Assembly (NCBI GenBank): GCA_021650915.1
Contig: CP091279.1
Span: forward strand, 3,360,001-3,392,000
Length of the DNA stretch: 32,000 nucleotides
Source: Candidatus Brocadia sp.
GTDB taxonomy: Bacteria; Planctomycetota; Brocadiia; Brocadiales; Brocadiaceae
Direction of reading: 5' to 3'
How positions within the stretch are numbered: the first letter of the stretch is position 1; each line of letters starts with the position of its first letter. This document shows, piece by piece, positions 8,770-17,418 of this stretch. Position numbers and translations under genes: made by a program. The notes under the pieces were generated by a model that worked only from the letters and a program-made list of their open reading frames with translations, did not search any database and was not told the origin of the DNA.

Positions 8770-11226
8770 ATGAAACTGAAAACAACCATTATCCTTTTAA
8801 TTGTTGCCGCTATCGGTATTTCGTACGTCTTCCTTTACGAAAAGAAACAACTCCCCCAGGAAGAATGGGAACGGCTGCAAAAAAAAGTGTTGCCTGACTT
8901 TAAGGCGTCAATGATCAAAAAAATTGAATTGAACAATGAGGGTGGCAAGGTTATTCTGGAAAAGACCGCGGATAATTACTGGCATATCACAGAGCCCCTC
9001 AAGCTCCGTTCAGATAATTCTGAAGTCAACAGTATCCTCTCCGAGTTTGAATTTATGAATAAGGTTGGCTCGTTCAGCCAGGAAGGGGATAAGCCGTTTG
9101 ATCTCAAAGATTATGGTCTGGATGCCCCCACGATCTCCATTACCATGTACACCGACATCCCGGCAAAGCCTGATAAGATTCAGGTAATGGGACCGAAGGA
9201 TAAATATACGGTATTTGTTGGCAAAAAGCTTGCTGCCGGCGATAATGTGTATATAAAACTCGATGCAAGCGATGAGGTTGTGGTCGTGCCGGGCACCCTT
9301 CTTGGAAAAGTTACGAAAAATGTCCTTGATTTACGCAGTAAATGGGTGTTTGCCTTTGACAAGGATGCGGTAGAAAAGATTGAGGTGAAAACGGCAGACT
9401 ATCATATCGTTTGTGACCGGAAGGGCAGTTTCTGGCGTCTCTCTGAGCCGGTGAACGATTTGGCAGATCTGGAAAAAGTCCGGGACGTCCTTGGCAAGTT
9501 AAAGAATCTGCAGATAGACCGTGCCGACTTTATTACGGAGGATTCATCGGATTTAACGAAATTTGGGCTGGATAACCCCCGCTTTACCGTTACTCTTTAT
9601 GAAAAAGGAGTTTCGCAATCTGTTCTTTTCGGGCACTCTTTGGATAATAAGGTCTATGCGAAACGCACGGATGAACCTACAGTCTTTTTTCTGAAAGATA
9701 CGATTCTTGCAGATTTGAGCAAAAGACCAAACGACCTGAGAGACAGAAAGGTTGTGCGGTTCGATTCGATAGGAACCTACGGGATAAACAAATTGGAGAT
9801 CAAGACACCAGGCGACCTCATTACTATTGAAAAGACTTTGGATCTGGACTGGAAGCTTACCAAGCCCGTTAATATTTATGCAGACCAGGACACGGTTAAG
9901 AATTTTATTGAAAAGCTGAAAACCCTTGAGATAGAAGATTTTGTTTCGGATGCGCCAGCAGATTTATCCGCGTATGGTTTAAAAAACCCCGTCTTTGAGA
10001 TATCCGTCACCAAAGAGGAAGACAAGGAATTGGCTAAATTTTACGTGGGCAATATGTTGTCTGACGGCTCCAAATGTTACGTAAAACGCGTTGGAGAGGA
10101 ACCGGTATACACCGTTCCCACAACTGAATTCTATGACAAGATTGAGAATCCGCTCCTGCGTTTCCGCGACAGGCTGGTATGTGATTTTAACAAGGATTTG
10201 GTAAAAAAACTGGTTATTGAAAAACCGGACCGCACCTTTGTCTGCGATATAACAAACAGAAGAGATGCGGAAGGTCAATTCCAGTGGGAGCTCTCAAGGC
10301 CTGTTCAAACAATTGCGGACACAAATGCGATAAACCAGATTATATGGGACATGTCTTTTTTAAAGGTGGACAGCTATATTGTCAAAGCCCCGAAAGATCT
10401 GAAACCCTTCGGTTTAAATGACCCGAGGATCAAGGTGTCGGTAACCTATGAGAAGGCGCCAGAGACACCACCGGAAGAACAGGGTCAAAACAAGAAAGAG
10501 GAAAAGGCAGAAACCGGAGAAAAAGCAAAGGAATCTCTGGAAAAAATCGTTGAAACGAGGACGTTGCTTATTGGCAAAAAGCTTAAGGATGGCGATAAGG
10601 TTAGCTCCTATGGCATGTTTGCGGACAGTGATCTGGTGTTTGAGCTTCCCTGGCCCAAGATCAATAATCTGGATGCTGAATTGGCGCCAACCAGGATACT
10701 GAATTTTGAAAGAACGGACGTAAAAGAGCTAACGTTGAACTACAACGAAAGAACCATCTCGTTAAAAAAAATAAATAATGTCTGGAAATTAAAAAATGAT
10801 GAACAGAAGGAAGTCCAGGGACGAGAAGTGGATTACTTTATTCGCTCTTTGAATGAATTAAAAGGGAATTACATCGAACAATATAAAACAACAAACCTGA
10901 CGCAATTTTCGCTGGATAAACCACAGGCAATAATCACTATCGGATTGGAAGGCGGGGATGCCGTGCTGTATGTCGGAAAGAAGAAAGACACAGACGGCTA
11001 TTACCTGAAAAACAAAGATTCTGATTATATCTATGTCGTTGGCAACGAATCGGTTGCTAATCTGATAAAAAAGGAAGAAGATTTTACCACCTTGATTCAT
11101 GAAGCGATGCCGCAAATGTCCGGCGAAGAAGCAAAGGCGACAATGGATGAAATGTCCCTGGGTACTGCTCCGCATGTCCCACACGGGAAGCCGCCCAAGA
11201 GTTCCCCGCATGGTGGATTTCACTAA
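8770..11226 (+). CDS. Large DUF4340-like repeat protein (five tandem modules), N-terminal membrane anchor, His-rich C-terminus
   Basis: 818 aa with an N-terminal TM segment ('TIILLIVAAIGISYVFL'). The motif pair 'W.L.EP....AD...V...L..L' and 'DL..(F/Y)GLD.P...(V/I)' recurs five times. It occupies the position normally taken by a DUF4340 protein after GldG. Confidence 0.75.
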   Translation: MKLKTTIILLIVAAIGISYVFLYEKKQLPQEEWERLQKKVLPDFKASMIKKIELNNEGGKVILEKTADNYWHITEPLKLRSDNSEVNSILSEFEFMNKVGSFSQEGDKPFDLKDYGLDAPTISITMYTDIPAKPDKIQVMGPKDKYTVFVGKKLAAGDNVYIKLDASDEVVVVPGTLLGKVTKNVLDLRSKWVFAFDKDAVEKIEVKTADYHIVCDRKGSFWRLSEPVNDLADLEKVRDVLGKLKNLQIDRADFITEDSSDLTKFGLDNPRFTVTLYEKGVSQSVLFGHSLDNKVYAKRTDEPTVFFLKDTILADLSKRPNDLRDRKVVRFDSIGTYGINKLEIKTPGDLITIEKTLDLDWKLTKPVNIYADQDTVKNFIEKLKTLEIEDFVSDAPADLSAYGLKNPVFEISVTKEEDKELAKFYVGNMLSDGSKCYVKRVGEEPVYTVPTTEFYDKIENPLLRFRDRLVCDFNKDLVKKLVIEKPDRTFVCDITNRRDAEGQFQWELSRPVQTIADTNAINQIIWDMSFLKVDSYIVKAPKDLKPFGLNDPRIKVSVTYEKAPETPPEEQGQNKKEEKAETGEKAKESLEKIVETRTLLIGKKLKDGDKVSSYGMFADSDLVFELPWPKINNLDAELAPTRILNFERTDVKELTLNYNERTISLKKINNVWKLKNDEQKEVQGREVDYFIRSLNELKGNYIEQYKTTNLTQFSLDKPQAIITIGLEGGDAVLYVGKKKDTDGYYLKNKDSDYIYVVGNESVANLIKKEEDFTTLIHEAMPQMSGEEAKATMDEMSLGTAPHVPHGKPPKSSPHGGFH

Positions 11227-11420
11227 AAGTGCCGTAGCGTTGCAAAGCCGCGTCTCGCTCACTCTCTCAGGAGATGCGGAGGATAAGGCAGGAGTAGAAA
11301 CTGCGGAATCCTTAACCCTAAAATACCCGTGTTCGAGGTGAGCCTGTATGAACCACAGGCTCACAAGGGGCGTAATAAAAACGGATCAGGAAGCACGATG
11401 ACATTTTCAGGTACAGTGCC

Positions 11421-12812
11421 TTGAAAAGAATACCTCTCTTTTGTTCAATCTTTTTAACGATCATTTGCCCTCCTTTTTTATTTCACGGGGTATTTGCCCG
11501 TGAAACCACCTCCAATCGCAGAACCCCCACGGTTATAGCCGTTGAAAAGGTAGGACCTGCGGTGGCCAATATCAGCACCGAGCGACTGATTACCGCACGG
11601 CACGCAGATCCGTTTTTTGGATCGAGAAGCGAGCTCTTTGACCAGTTTTTCAATGATTTTTTTGGCCAGGGTCAGAAACAGACGGTTGAAAGACCCTTGG
11701 GCTCCGGTGTCATCATCGACGAAGATGGTTACATCGTTACCAACGAACATGTGGTAAGCCGCGCATCAAAGATCAAGGTACGATTATCGGATGGCAAAGA
11801 TTTCGAGGCTTCCATGATCAGCTCTGACCCAATCAGCGATCTTGCCGTATTAAAGATAAATTCACCCACACCGCTTCCCTACGTTAAGATGGGGACATCA
11901 AAGGACCTCATGATTGGGGAATCTGTTATAGCATTAGGGAACCCCTTTGGCCTGGAAAATTCTATTACAACCGGTGTATTAAGCGCGAAAAACCGTACCC
12001 TGACATTTAACAGCGAGTACGGTGACATTAAGTACGACGGCCTTATACAAACGGACGCACTGATAAATCCGGGAAACAGCGGAGGCCCCCTCATCAATAT
12101 TGACGGAGAACTGATTGGCATTAATGCCGCCATTGTAAATCAGGCGCAAGGGATAGGGTTTGCCATCCCCGTTGACAAGGTAAGACAAACCCTCGTTAAA
12201 CTCTTCAATTTCAGAGAACTCAATAAGATTTGGTTTGGCGCACAGGTTGAGGAGCAGGATGATAGTTCGAAGGGTATTAAAGTTTCATCGATTGAGCCGG
12301 GAAGCCCGGCCGATAAGGCACGAATCAAGGTGGGGGATTATATCACAAAAATAGACTCGAAAGAGATCCTGGATATCCTTGACTTTGAAAAATACATCCT
12401 CAGGAAGAATGCCGGTGATAAGCTGTCTATTCATATTAATCGCGATGGGAGTGAGTTCAAGGTTGACGTTAAACTGGAAAAGGCGCCGCTCCCTTCCATA
12501 GAAAAACTTGCGCTGGAAAAGCTGGGTTTGTATGTGCAGGATTTGACTCCGCAACTTGCAAAACAATTAAAACTGTGGTGGCTAAAGAGCGGGGTATTAA
12601 TTTCGGGTGTGCAAAAGAACAGTCCCGCTGCCGAAGTAGGGATAAAAGAAGGCCATGTGCTCGTGTATGTTGGCCAATATCGGATTAATGACGTCGAAGA
12701 GCTCAGCGCTTTGCTAAAGATCATGCAAAAGGGTGACGTCTGGGAGGTGGGTATCGTCTGGTCTGATAAACTTGGAGAACACCAGGGCTATGCCAGGATA
12801 AAAATCCGATAA
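11421..12812 (+). CDS. htrA: HtrA/DegP-family periplasmic serine protease with two PDZ domains
   Basis: It has a signal-peptide-like N-terminus, catalytic 'TNEHV' (His) and 'GNSGGPL' (Ser), and two PDZ-like segments. The only in-frame start I can see is TTG at 11421. Confidence 0.88.
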   Translation: MKRIPLFCSIFLTIICPPFLFHGVFARETTSNRRTPTVIAVEKVGPAVANISTERLITARHADPFFGSRSELFDQFFNDFFGQGQKQTVERPLGSGVIIDEDGYIVTNEHVVSRASKIKVRLSDGKDFEASMISSDPISDLAVLKINSPTPLPYVKMGTSKDLMIGESVIALGNPFGLENSITTGVLSAKNRTLTFNSEYGDIKYDGLIQTDALINPGNSGGPLINIDGELIGINAAIVNQAQGIGFAIPVDKVRQTLVKLFNFRELNKIWFGAQVEEQDDSSKGIKVSSIEPGSPADKARIKVGDYITKIDSKEILDILDFEKYILRKNAGDKLSIHINRDGSEFKVDVKLEKAPLPSIEKLALEKLGLYVQDLTPQLAKQLKLWWLKSGVLISGVQKNSPAAEVGIKEGHVLVYVGQYRINDVEELSALLKIMQKGDVWEVGIVWSDKLGEHQGYARIKIR

Positions 12813-12869
12813 TTCATCTCAAGCCGTTGGAAAATGGTCCATCTGGCGCTTTTTTCCACCGGTTACTTG

Positions 12870-14785
12870 CAAAAATCCATATCTCTTAGCTGGTAGGAAG
12901 GAGGCGAATCGCCTCCAACCCCCAATCGTCGCCAGATACTTTGGACAACGTGACAAAGTATCCTTTTAAACCATACGGCTTTCCCGTAGTTAGCGACCCC
13001 ATAGTGTTGCTCTGGAGCAGAGAAAAGTAACCTATCATGCCTTTGCACGTGCCTTAAGAAATTCTCTTTCAAATGAGAGTAACCCCATCTTAAAGAATCG
13101 GTGTACCGGGAAACGTTTGTTGTCAGTTTTCCATTTTCTCGAAAACTTGAAACTTCTCAGTCTCATGCGTACCCAGCAGTCTAACGAGCGATATACCGTT
13201 TGTACATTGCCCAGCCGAAAATAGTTGACATGTCCCCTTATGACAGGATTTAATGTATCAATGACGGCTTGCAGGTTGACGCCTTGTGTGCGTTTGGTGA
13301 TGTCTCTGACGGCGTCCTTGAGTTTGTCCAGGGATTTCATGCTTACACCCTTGTTCTTGCCCATGAAATTATATCCGAGAAACCGGAAGCCTCGTTTGAA
13401 GTTGGTGAGCCTGGTTTTATCCTCGCTCAGCTTCATTTCAAGTTTCCCTTCGATGATTTCTTTGACGTACTGAAGGGCGGCAGGGAGTTCTTCTTTCGTT
13501 TTAGTCATGACAACGAAGTCATCGGCATAGCGGACAAATTTATATCCTGCCTTTTCAAGCTCCTTGTCGATGATGTCACCGATAAGGTTTGCAAGCAAGG
13601 GAGATATGACGCCTCCTTGCGGAGTGCCTTGATTTGTCTCATGCACGATGCCGTCCTCCATGACCCCTGCCTTGAGCATGTTCTCGATACTGTTCAACAC
13701 CCATCCGTCAGCGATTTTCTCACGCAAGGAGTTCATGATAAGCTTATGAGGTATGGTGTCATAGAACGCCTTTATATCGGCGTCCAAAATGTTCCGATAC
13801 CCTTGCTGCTTATACTGTTCAATCCGTTTGATAGCATCATGACAGCATCTGTTTGGACGAAATCCAAAGCTGTTATCCGAGAATTCTTTCTCGAATATTG
13901 GCTCTATGATTTGTCTGAACGCTTGCTGTACTACCCTGTCCTTGACAATGGGAATGCCAAGAGGTCTCTTGTCATGCCTGCCTTTGGGAATGTAGACCCT
14001 TAAGACGGGCGCAGGGTTGTATATGGCGGTTTTCAGTTCCTTGTGAACAGCTTGTAGATTATTCTCAAGGTCACTTTCAAACTGCTTAATACTTACCCTG
14101 TCGAGACCAGCCTTGCCTTTATTCTTCTTTACGTGCCCAAAAGCCGCATAAAGGTTTCTCAGACTGAATACCTTGTCTCTTAAAGAATGATACTTAAGCA
14201 TCTCCCGATATGTTCCTTTTGATTGATTCCGGATAATAGACTTGTCAATCGTGTTTCCTGAGTCGAGATTCCTCCTGACAGAGGCAAAACAAGAGAGGCT
14301 CTTGCTACTACTTGCCCATGCAAAGAGTCTCTTTTCTCATGGAACGTATTCAATCTACCACGTTTCATCAACTCCACTACGGTTATGCCCCTTCATTCCT
14401 GGCTTACACCAGAAACTATTATGAGCGCTGCTGACGACTTCAAAGACAGACCTGTGAGAGCCAGTCGTCCGTCACCATCTCATACAGCTTGGATTTCGGA
14501 TTTCCCTTATACCTCGCTGTTAGGGAATTTCTTCCCAAGACGTAAGTCCTCCCCCGGTCATATGGATTACCCCTTTTCCCTTCGTGATGTATGTTCAAAC
14601 GCATTATCCAGAGATGTTTTCACCTGGTCTCTTTTGACATCTCCAACAAGGACATTGTCAGTGCTTCACTGAGAAAGGGCAGTTGGCACGAACTAACACG
14701 CCATACTCATACACCCCAAAAGGTCGTCTGTACCTCGTAACTCCGTCATACCCCTCACGGGAATACGCTATCCTTCTACGCACAC
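12870..14785 (-). mobile_element. Group II intron (about 1.9 kb, boundaries approximate) in an intergenic site
   Basis: An RT/maturase ORF lies inside. On the minus strand, GUGUGCG at 14785-14779 fits the 5' GUGYG consensus (start at 14785 or 14783). It is followed by a CCC-GUGA-GGG GNRA hairpin about 580 nt upstream of the ORF start, the usual D1-D3 length. A domain V-like 'AGCCGUAUGG' string lies at 12980-12971, about 55 nt after the ORF stop. I could not fold D5/D6 cleanly, so the 3' end is only placed between 12870 and 12930. Confidence 0.7.
13035..14201 (-). CDS. Group II intron reverse transcriptase/maturase (no endonuclease domain)
   Basis: 388 aa. RT blocks are 'RPLGIPIVKDRVVQQA', 'FGFRPNRCCHDA', 'ILDADIKAFYDTIPH', 'GTPQGGVISPLLAN' and 'YADDFVV'. 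The maturase X region reads 'LNPVIRGHVNYF'. The ORF ends without an HNH domain. Confidence 0.92.
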   Translation of the reverse strand: MLKYHSLRDKVFSLRNLYAAFGHVKKNKGKAGLDRVSIKQFESDLENNLQAVHKELKTAIYNPAPVLRVYIPKGRHDKRPLGIPIVKDRVVQQAFRQIIEPIFEKEFSDNSFGFRPNRCCHDAIKRIEQYKQQGYRNILDADIKAFYDTIPHKLIMNSLREKIADGWVLNSIENMLKAGVMEDGIVHETNQGTPQGGVISPLLANLIGDIIDKELEKAGYKFVRYADDFVVMTKTKEELPAALQYVKEIIEGKLEMKLSEDKTRLTNFKRGFRFLGYNFMGKNKGVSMKSLDKLKDAVRDITKRTQGVNLQAVIDTLNPVIRGHVNYFRLGNVQTVYRSLDCWVRMRLRSFKFSRKWKTDNKRFPVHRFFKMGLLSFEREFLKARAKA

Positions 14786-15012
14786 GGATTGCTCCTTTGT
14801 ATACGCATAGGTACAAACTTCTCTACGAGGATTTAGGCTCGCAGAGGTGATATTTTCAACCACTTAGGTATCCCATACTTCAAGGCACGCCCATTGCTCA
14901 ACACGGAGCGCAAAACAACATCTCCCCCTGCTTCCATCGTCCATGAGTGAAAGTTTTAGGGTGTAAAAACTTGCCAGGGTAATTTGCCAATTGTGAAATT
15001 ATGAATAAAATT

Positions 15013-15045
15013 AACCCCGTCAGGGTTTAAAGCCCTGACGGGGTT
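15013..15045. other. Perfect 13-bp inverted repeat (hairpin) of unknown role
   Basis: AACCCCGTCAGGG (15013-25) pairs with CCCTGACGGGGTT (15033-45). It is T-rich on the minus-strand 3' side (AATTTTATT), so it would act as a terminator only for minus-strand transcripts. Confidence 0.5.
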
Positions 15046-15161
15046 GACTCACGAATTTCGCACTTCTTCTGCCTGCCTGCCGGGCAGACAAACAGGGATT
15101 ATGCCTTTTCCGGCTCGCTCTGATTATGTCGCACATCGTATGAAAAACCCAGTATTTCTTC

Positions 15162-15189
15162 TTGACACGAAGACCTCTTTTGTTATAAT
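15162..15189 (+). promoter_or_regulatory. Sigma70-type promoter for argB
   Basis: Consensus TTGACA lies at 15162-67, followed by a 16-nt spacer and consensus TATAAT at 15184-89, 54 nt upstream of the argB ATG. Confidence 0.6.
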
Positions 15190-15242
15190 TTCGACTCTTT
15201 TTAATACAGATATCCTCTTTAGGTGGTAGAAAAGATAAGGCG

Positions 15243-16130
15243 ATGGAAGATGCTATACGTAAGGCCGGTATTCTTATAGAAGCCCTTCCTTACATACGGT
15301 CGTTCAGGAATAAAGTTGTCGTAATCAAGTTTGGCGGAGGGGCAATGTCCAGCGACGAGGTGCTCACCAATGTGCTGCAGGACATTGTCTTCATGAAGAC
15401 CGTTGGCATCTTACCCATTCTGGTGCACGGCGGCGGCCCTCATATCAGTCAGGAGATGACGCGGAGGGGTTTGAGTCCAAAGTTTGTCGAGGGGCACAGA
15501 ATTACCGACCGTGAGACCCTGGAGATCGCCAGGGATATTCTGATACATCAGATCAGCGCCTCTATTGTAAAGAAGATTGCCGAATTGGGGAATGCGGCTG
15601 CCTGTATCTGGGAAAACGATTTTTGCCCGCTCAAGGCGGAAAAATACTATGTGGAAACAAAGACGGAACAGGGCGGCATGAAGAAGTTGGATATCGGTTT
15701 TGTGGGCAGGGTTACTGCAATCGATAAGGACCGGTTCCTGAATCTATGCACCTCATGCACCATTCCTATTGTGCCTCCTATTGCAAAGGGTGACAATGGA
15801 GATGTGTATAATGTCAATGCAGACAATGTTGCAGCATTTATTGCAAAGGCGCTTGGCGCCGAAAAGCTCGTATTTCTTTCAAATACCCATGGCATCATGA
15901 CACGGCCAAAAGATGAAACATCCTTTGCCTCGACCTTGCACGAAGATGAGGTTCACGCGCTCATCGATAAAAAGGTAATCAGCGAGGGCATGCTTCCCAA
16001 GGCACTGGCCTGTATCAGCGCCGTGAAGGCAGGGGTAAAGAAGGCGCACATTATTAATGGAATGCTTCCCCATGCGCTCTTATTGGAAATTTTTACCGAC
16101 AAAGGCGTTGGAACGCAGATTATCGTATAA
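15243..16130 (+). CDS. argB: Acetylglutamate kinase
   Basis: 295 aa. It carries 'VVIKFGGGAM', 'LVHGGGP', 'G.RITD..T' and 'NVNAD..A', the amino-acid kinase fold motifs typical of ArgB. Confidence 0.9.
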   Translation: MEDAIRKAGILIEALPYIRSFRNKVVVIKFGGGAMSSDEVLTNVLQDIVFMKTVGILPILVHGGGPHISQEMTRRGLSPKFVEGHRITDRETLEIARDILIHQISASIVKKIAELGNAAACIWENDFCPLKAEKYYVETKTEQGGMKKLDIGFVGRVTAIDKDRFLNLCTSCTIPIVPPIAKGDNGDVYNVNADNVAAFIAKALGAEKLVFLSNTHGIMTRPKDETSFASTLHEDEVHALIDKKVISEGMLPKALACISAVKAGVKKAHIINGMLPHALLLEIFTDKGVGTQIIV

Positions 16131-16168
16131 AAGGTTGTTGTATCTCATAGAGAATATTGTATAATTTC

Positions 16169-16212
16169 GGGGATTGAAATACGCTTGTAATTTCAATCCC
16201 CTTTTCATTTTT
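16169..16212 (+). terminator. Intrinsic terminator/attenuator-like hairpin between argB and argD
   Basis: A perfect 12-bp stem pairs GGGGATTGAAAT (16169-80) with ATTTCAATCCCC (16190-201) around a 9-nt loop, followed by TTTTCATTTTT. Confidence 0.6.
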
Positions 16213-16236
16213 GAGCAGAACCAAGGACTGGAAGGC

Positions 16237-17418
16237 ATGAACACAAAAGAGATGAAAGAAATTTACGACCGCTACGTTATTCCCAATTATATCCGGAATC
16301 CTATTTTACTGGTGAAAGGAAGTGGCGCGGATATATGGGATGCTGAAGGCAAGCGCTACCTTGACCTCTTCTCTGGCTGGGCAGTGAGCCTGCTAGGACA
16401 CTGTCATCCTAACGTCGTCGCAGCGATACAAAACCAGGCGGCAAAACTCCAGCATGCTCCTAATATTTATTATACTGAGCCACAAGGATTACTGGCAAAA
16501 CACATCTCTGAAAAATCCTTTGGCGGGCAGTGTTTCTTCTGCAACAGCGGCGCTGAGGCCAATGAGGCGGCGATTAAGCTTGCCCGTATCCACAACTCTG
16601 ACAAAGGCAGATACAAGATCGTTACCTTTTTAAACTCGTTCCATGGCCGGACTCTTGCCACGGTTACTGCAACTGCCCAGCCGAAATACCATAAGGGATT
16701 TGCGCCGCTTGTTGAAGGCTTTTCCTACGTCCCTTTTAACGATCTGGAAGCGCTCAGAAAATCAGTGGATGACAAGACGTGCGCGATTCTGTTGGAGCCC
16801 ATTCAGGGCGAGGGCGGGATTAATATCGCCACGAAAGAATTCATGCAAGGCATAAGAAAACTGTGTGATGAAAAGGGATTGTTGATGATCCTCGATGAGG
16901 TGCAGTGCGGCATGGGGAGGTCGGGGAAATATTTTGCGTATCAGCACTATGATATTGAGCCGGATATTATGACCCTGGCAAAGGCGCTCGGGGGCGGTGT
17001 TGCCCTTGGAGCGATGACGGCCAGAAAGGAGATTGCAAAGAGCCTTGTCCCCGGCAGTCATGCCTCGACGTTTGGCGGAAATCCTTTGGCATGCGCGGCA
17101 GGGGTGGCGGTGTTTGAAACGATTGAAAAAGAGGGACTGCTTTCTCATGTCACAACAATGGGCGGGTACGCTGCCGATCAGTTAAAGGCATTGCAAAAGA
17201 CGCGCAAAATAATTCATGATGTGCGCGGTGTGGGTCTTATGATTGGGATTGAACTTGCGGTAAATGGGGCCGAGTTTATCAAACGTTGCATTCAGGCAGG
17301 CCTGTTCCTCAATTGTACTCATGAGAAAGTCATCCGGTTTATGCCGCCCCTGAACGTTAAAAAGGAACACATCGACGAGGGGCTGAATATTATCAATACG
17401 GTTCTTTCGAAGCTCTAA
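16237..17418 (+). CDS. argD: Acetylornithine aminotransferase (class III PLP aminotransferase)
   Basis: It carries 'FCNSGAEANEAAIKLAR', 'ILDEVQCGMGRSGK' and the PLP-Lys context 'DIMTLAKALGGG'. I prefer the ATG at 16237 (MNTKEMKEIYDRYV, with GGAAGG upstream) over the TTG at 16174, which would read through the terminator hairpin. Confidence 0.88.
   Translation: MNTKEMKEIYDRYVIPNYIRNPILLVKGSGADIWDAEGKRYLDLFSGWAVSLLGHCHPNVVAAIQNQAAKLQHAPNIYYTEPQGLLAKHISEKSFGGQCFFCNSGAEANEAAIKLARIHNSDKGRYKIVTFLNSFHGRTLATVTATAQPKYHKGFAPLVEGFSYVPFNDLEALRKSVDDKTCAILLEPIQGEGGINIATKEFMQGIRKLCDEKGLLMILDEVQCGMGRSGKYFAYQHYDIEPDIMTLAKALGGGVALGAMTARKEIAKSLVPGSHASTFGGNPLACAAGVAVFETIEKEGLLSHVTTMGGYAADQLKALQKTRKIIHDVRGVGLMIGIELAVNGAEFIKRCIQAGLFLNCTHEKVIRFMPPLNVKKEHIDEGLNIINTVLSKL

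Noticed and set aside
10858-11364. A 168-aa minus-strand ORF overlapping the 3' end of the DUF4340-like gene.
   Set aside because: It is mostly antisense to a well-supported repeat protein, with no motifs and no RBS.
12824-12862. The imperfect hairpin CCGTTGGAAAA...TTTTCCACCGG after htrA as its intrinsic terminator.
   Set aside because: It has a long 17-nt loop, one mismatch and no clean downstream T-run. It is plausible but not convincing enough to annotate.
13269-14003. A 244-aa plus-strand ORF.
   Set aside because: It is antisense to the group II intron RT, which carries all RT blocks. It is a shadow ORF.
15013-15045. The hairpin as the homing-site terminator of a class C group II intron.
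   Set aside because: Class C introns insert within a few nucleotides of the hairpin. Here the best GUGYG 5' end is about 230 nt away, and the D1-D3 length fits a non-IIC architecture.
16174-16236. The TTG start at 16174 for argD given in the ORF track.
   Set aside because: The extension would translate through the perfect terminator hairpin and adds a non-conserved 21-aa leader. The ATG at 16237 gives the usual aminotransferase N-terminus.
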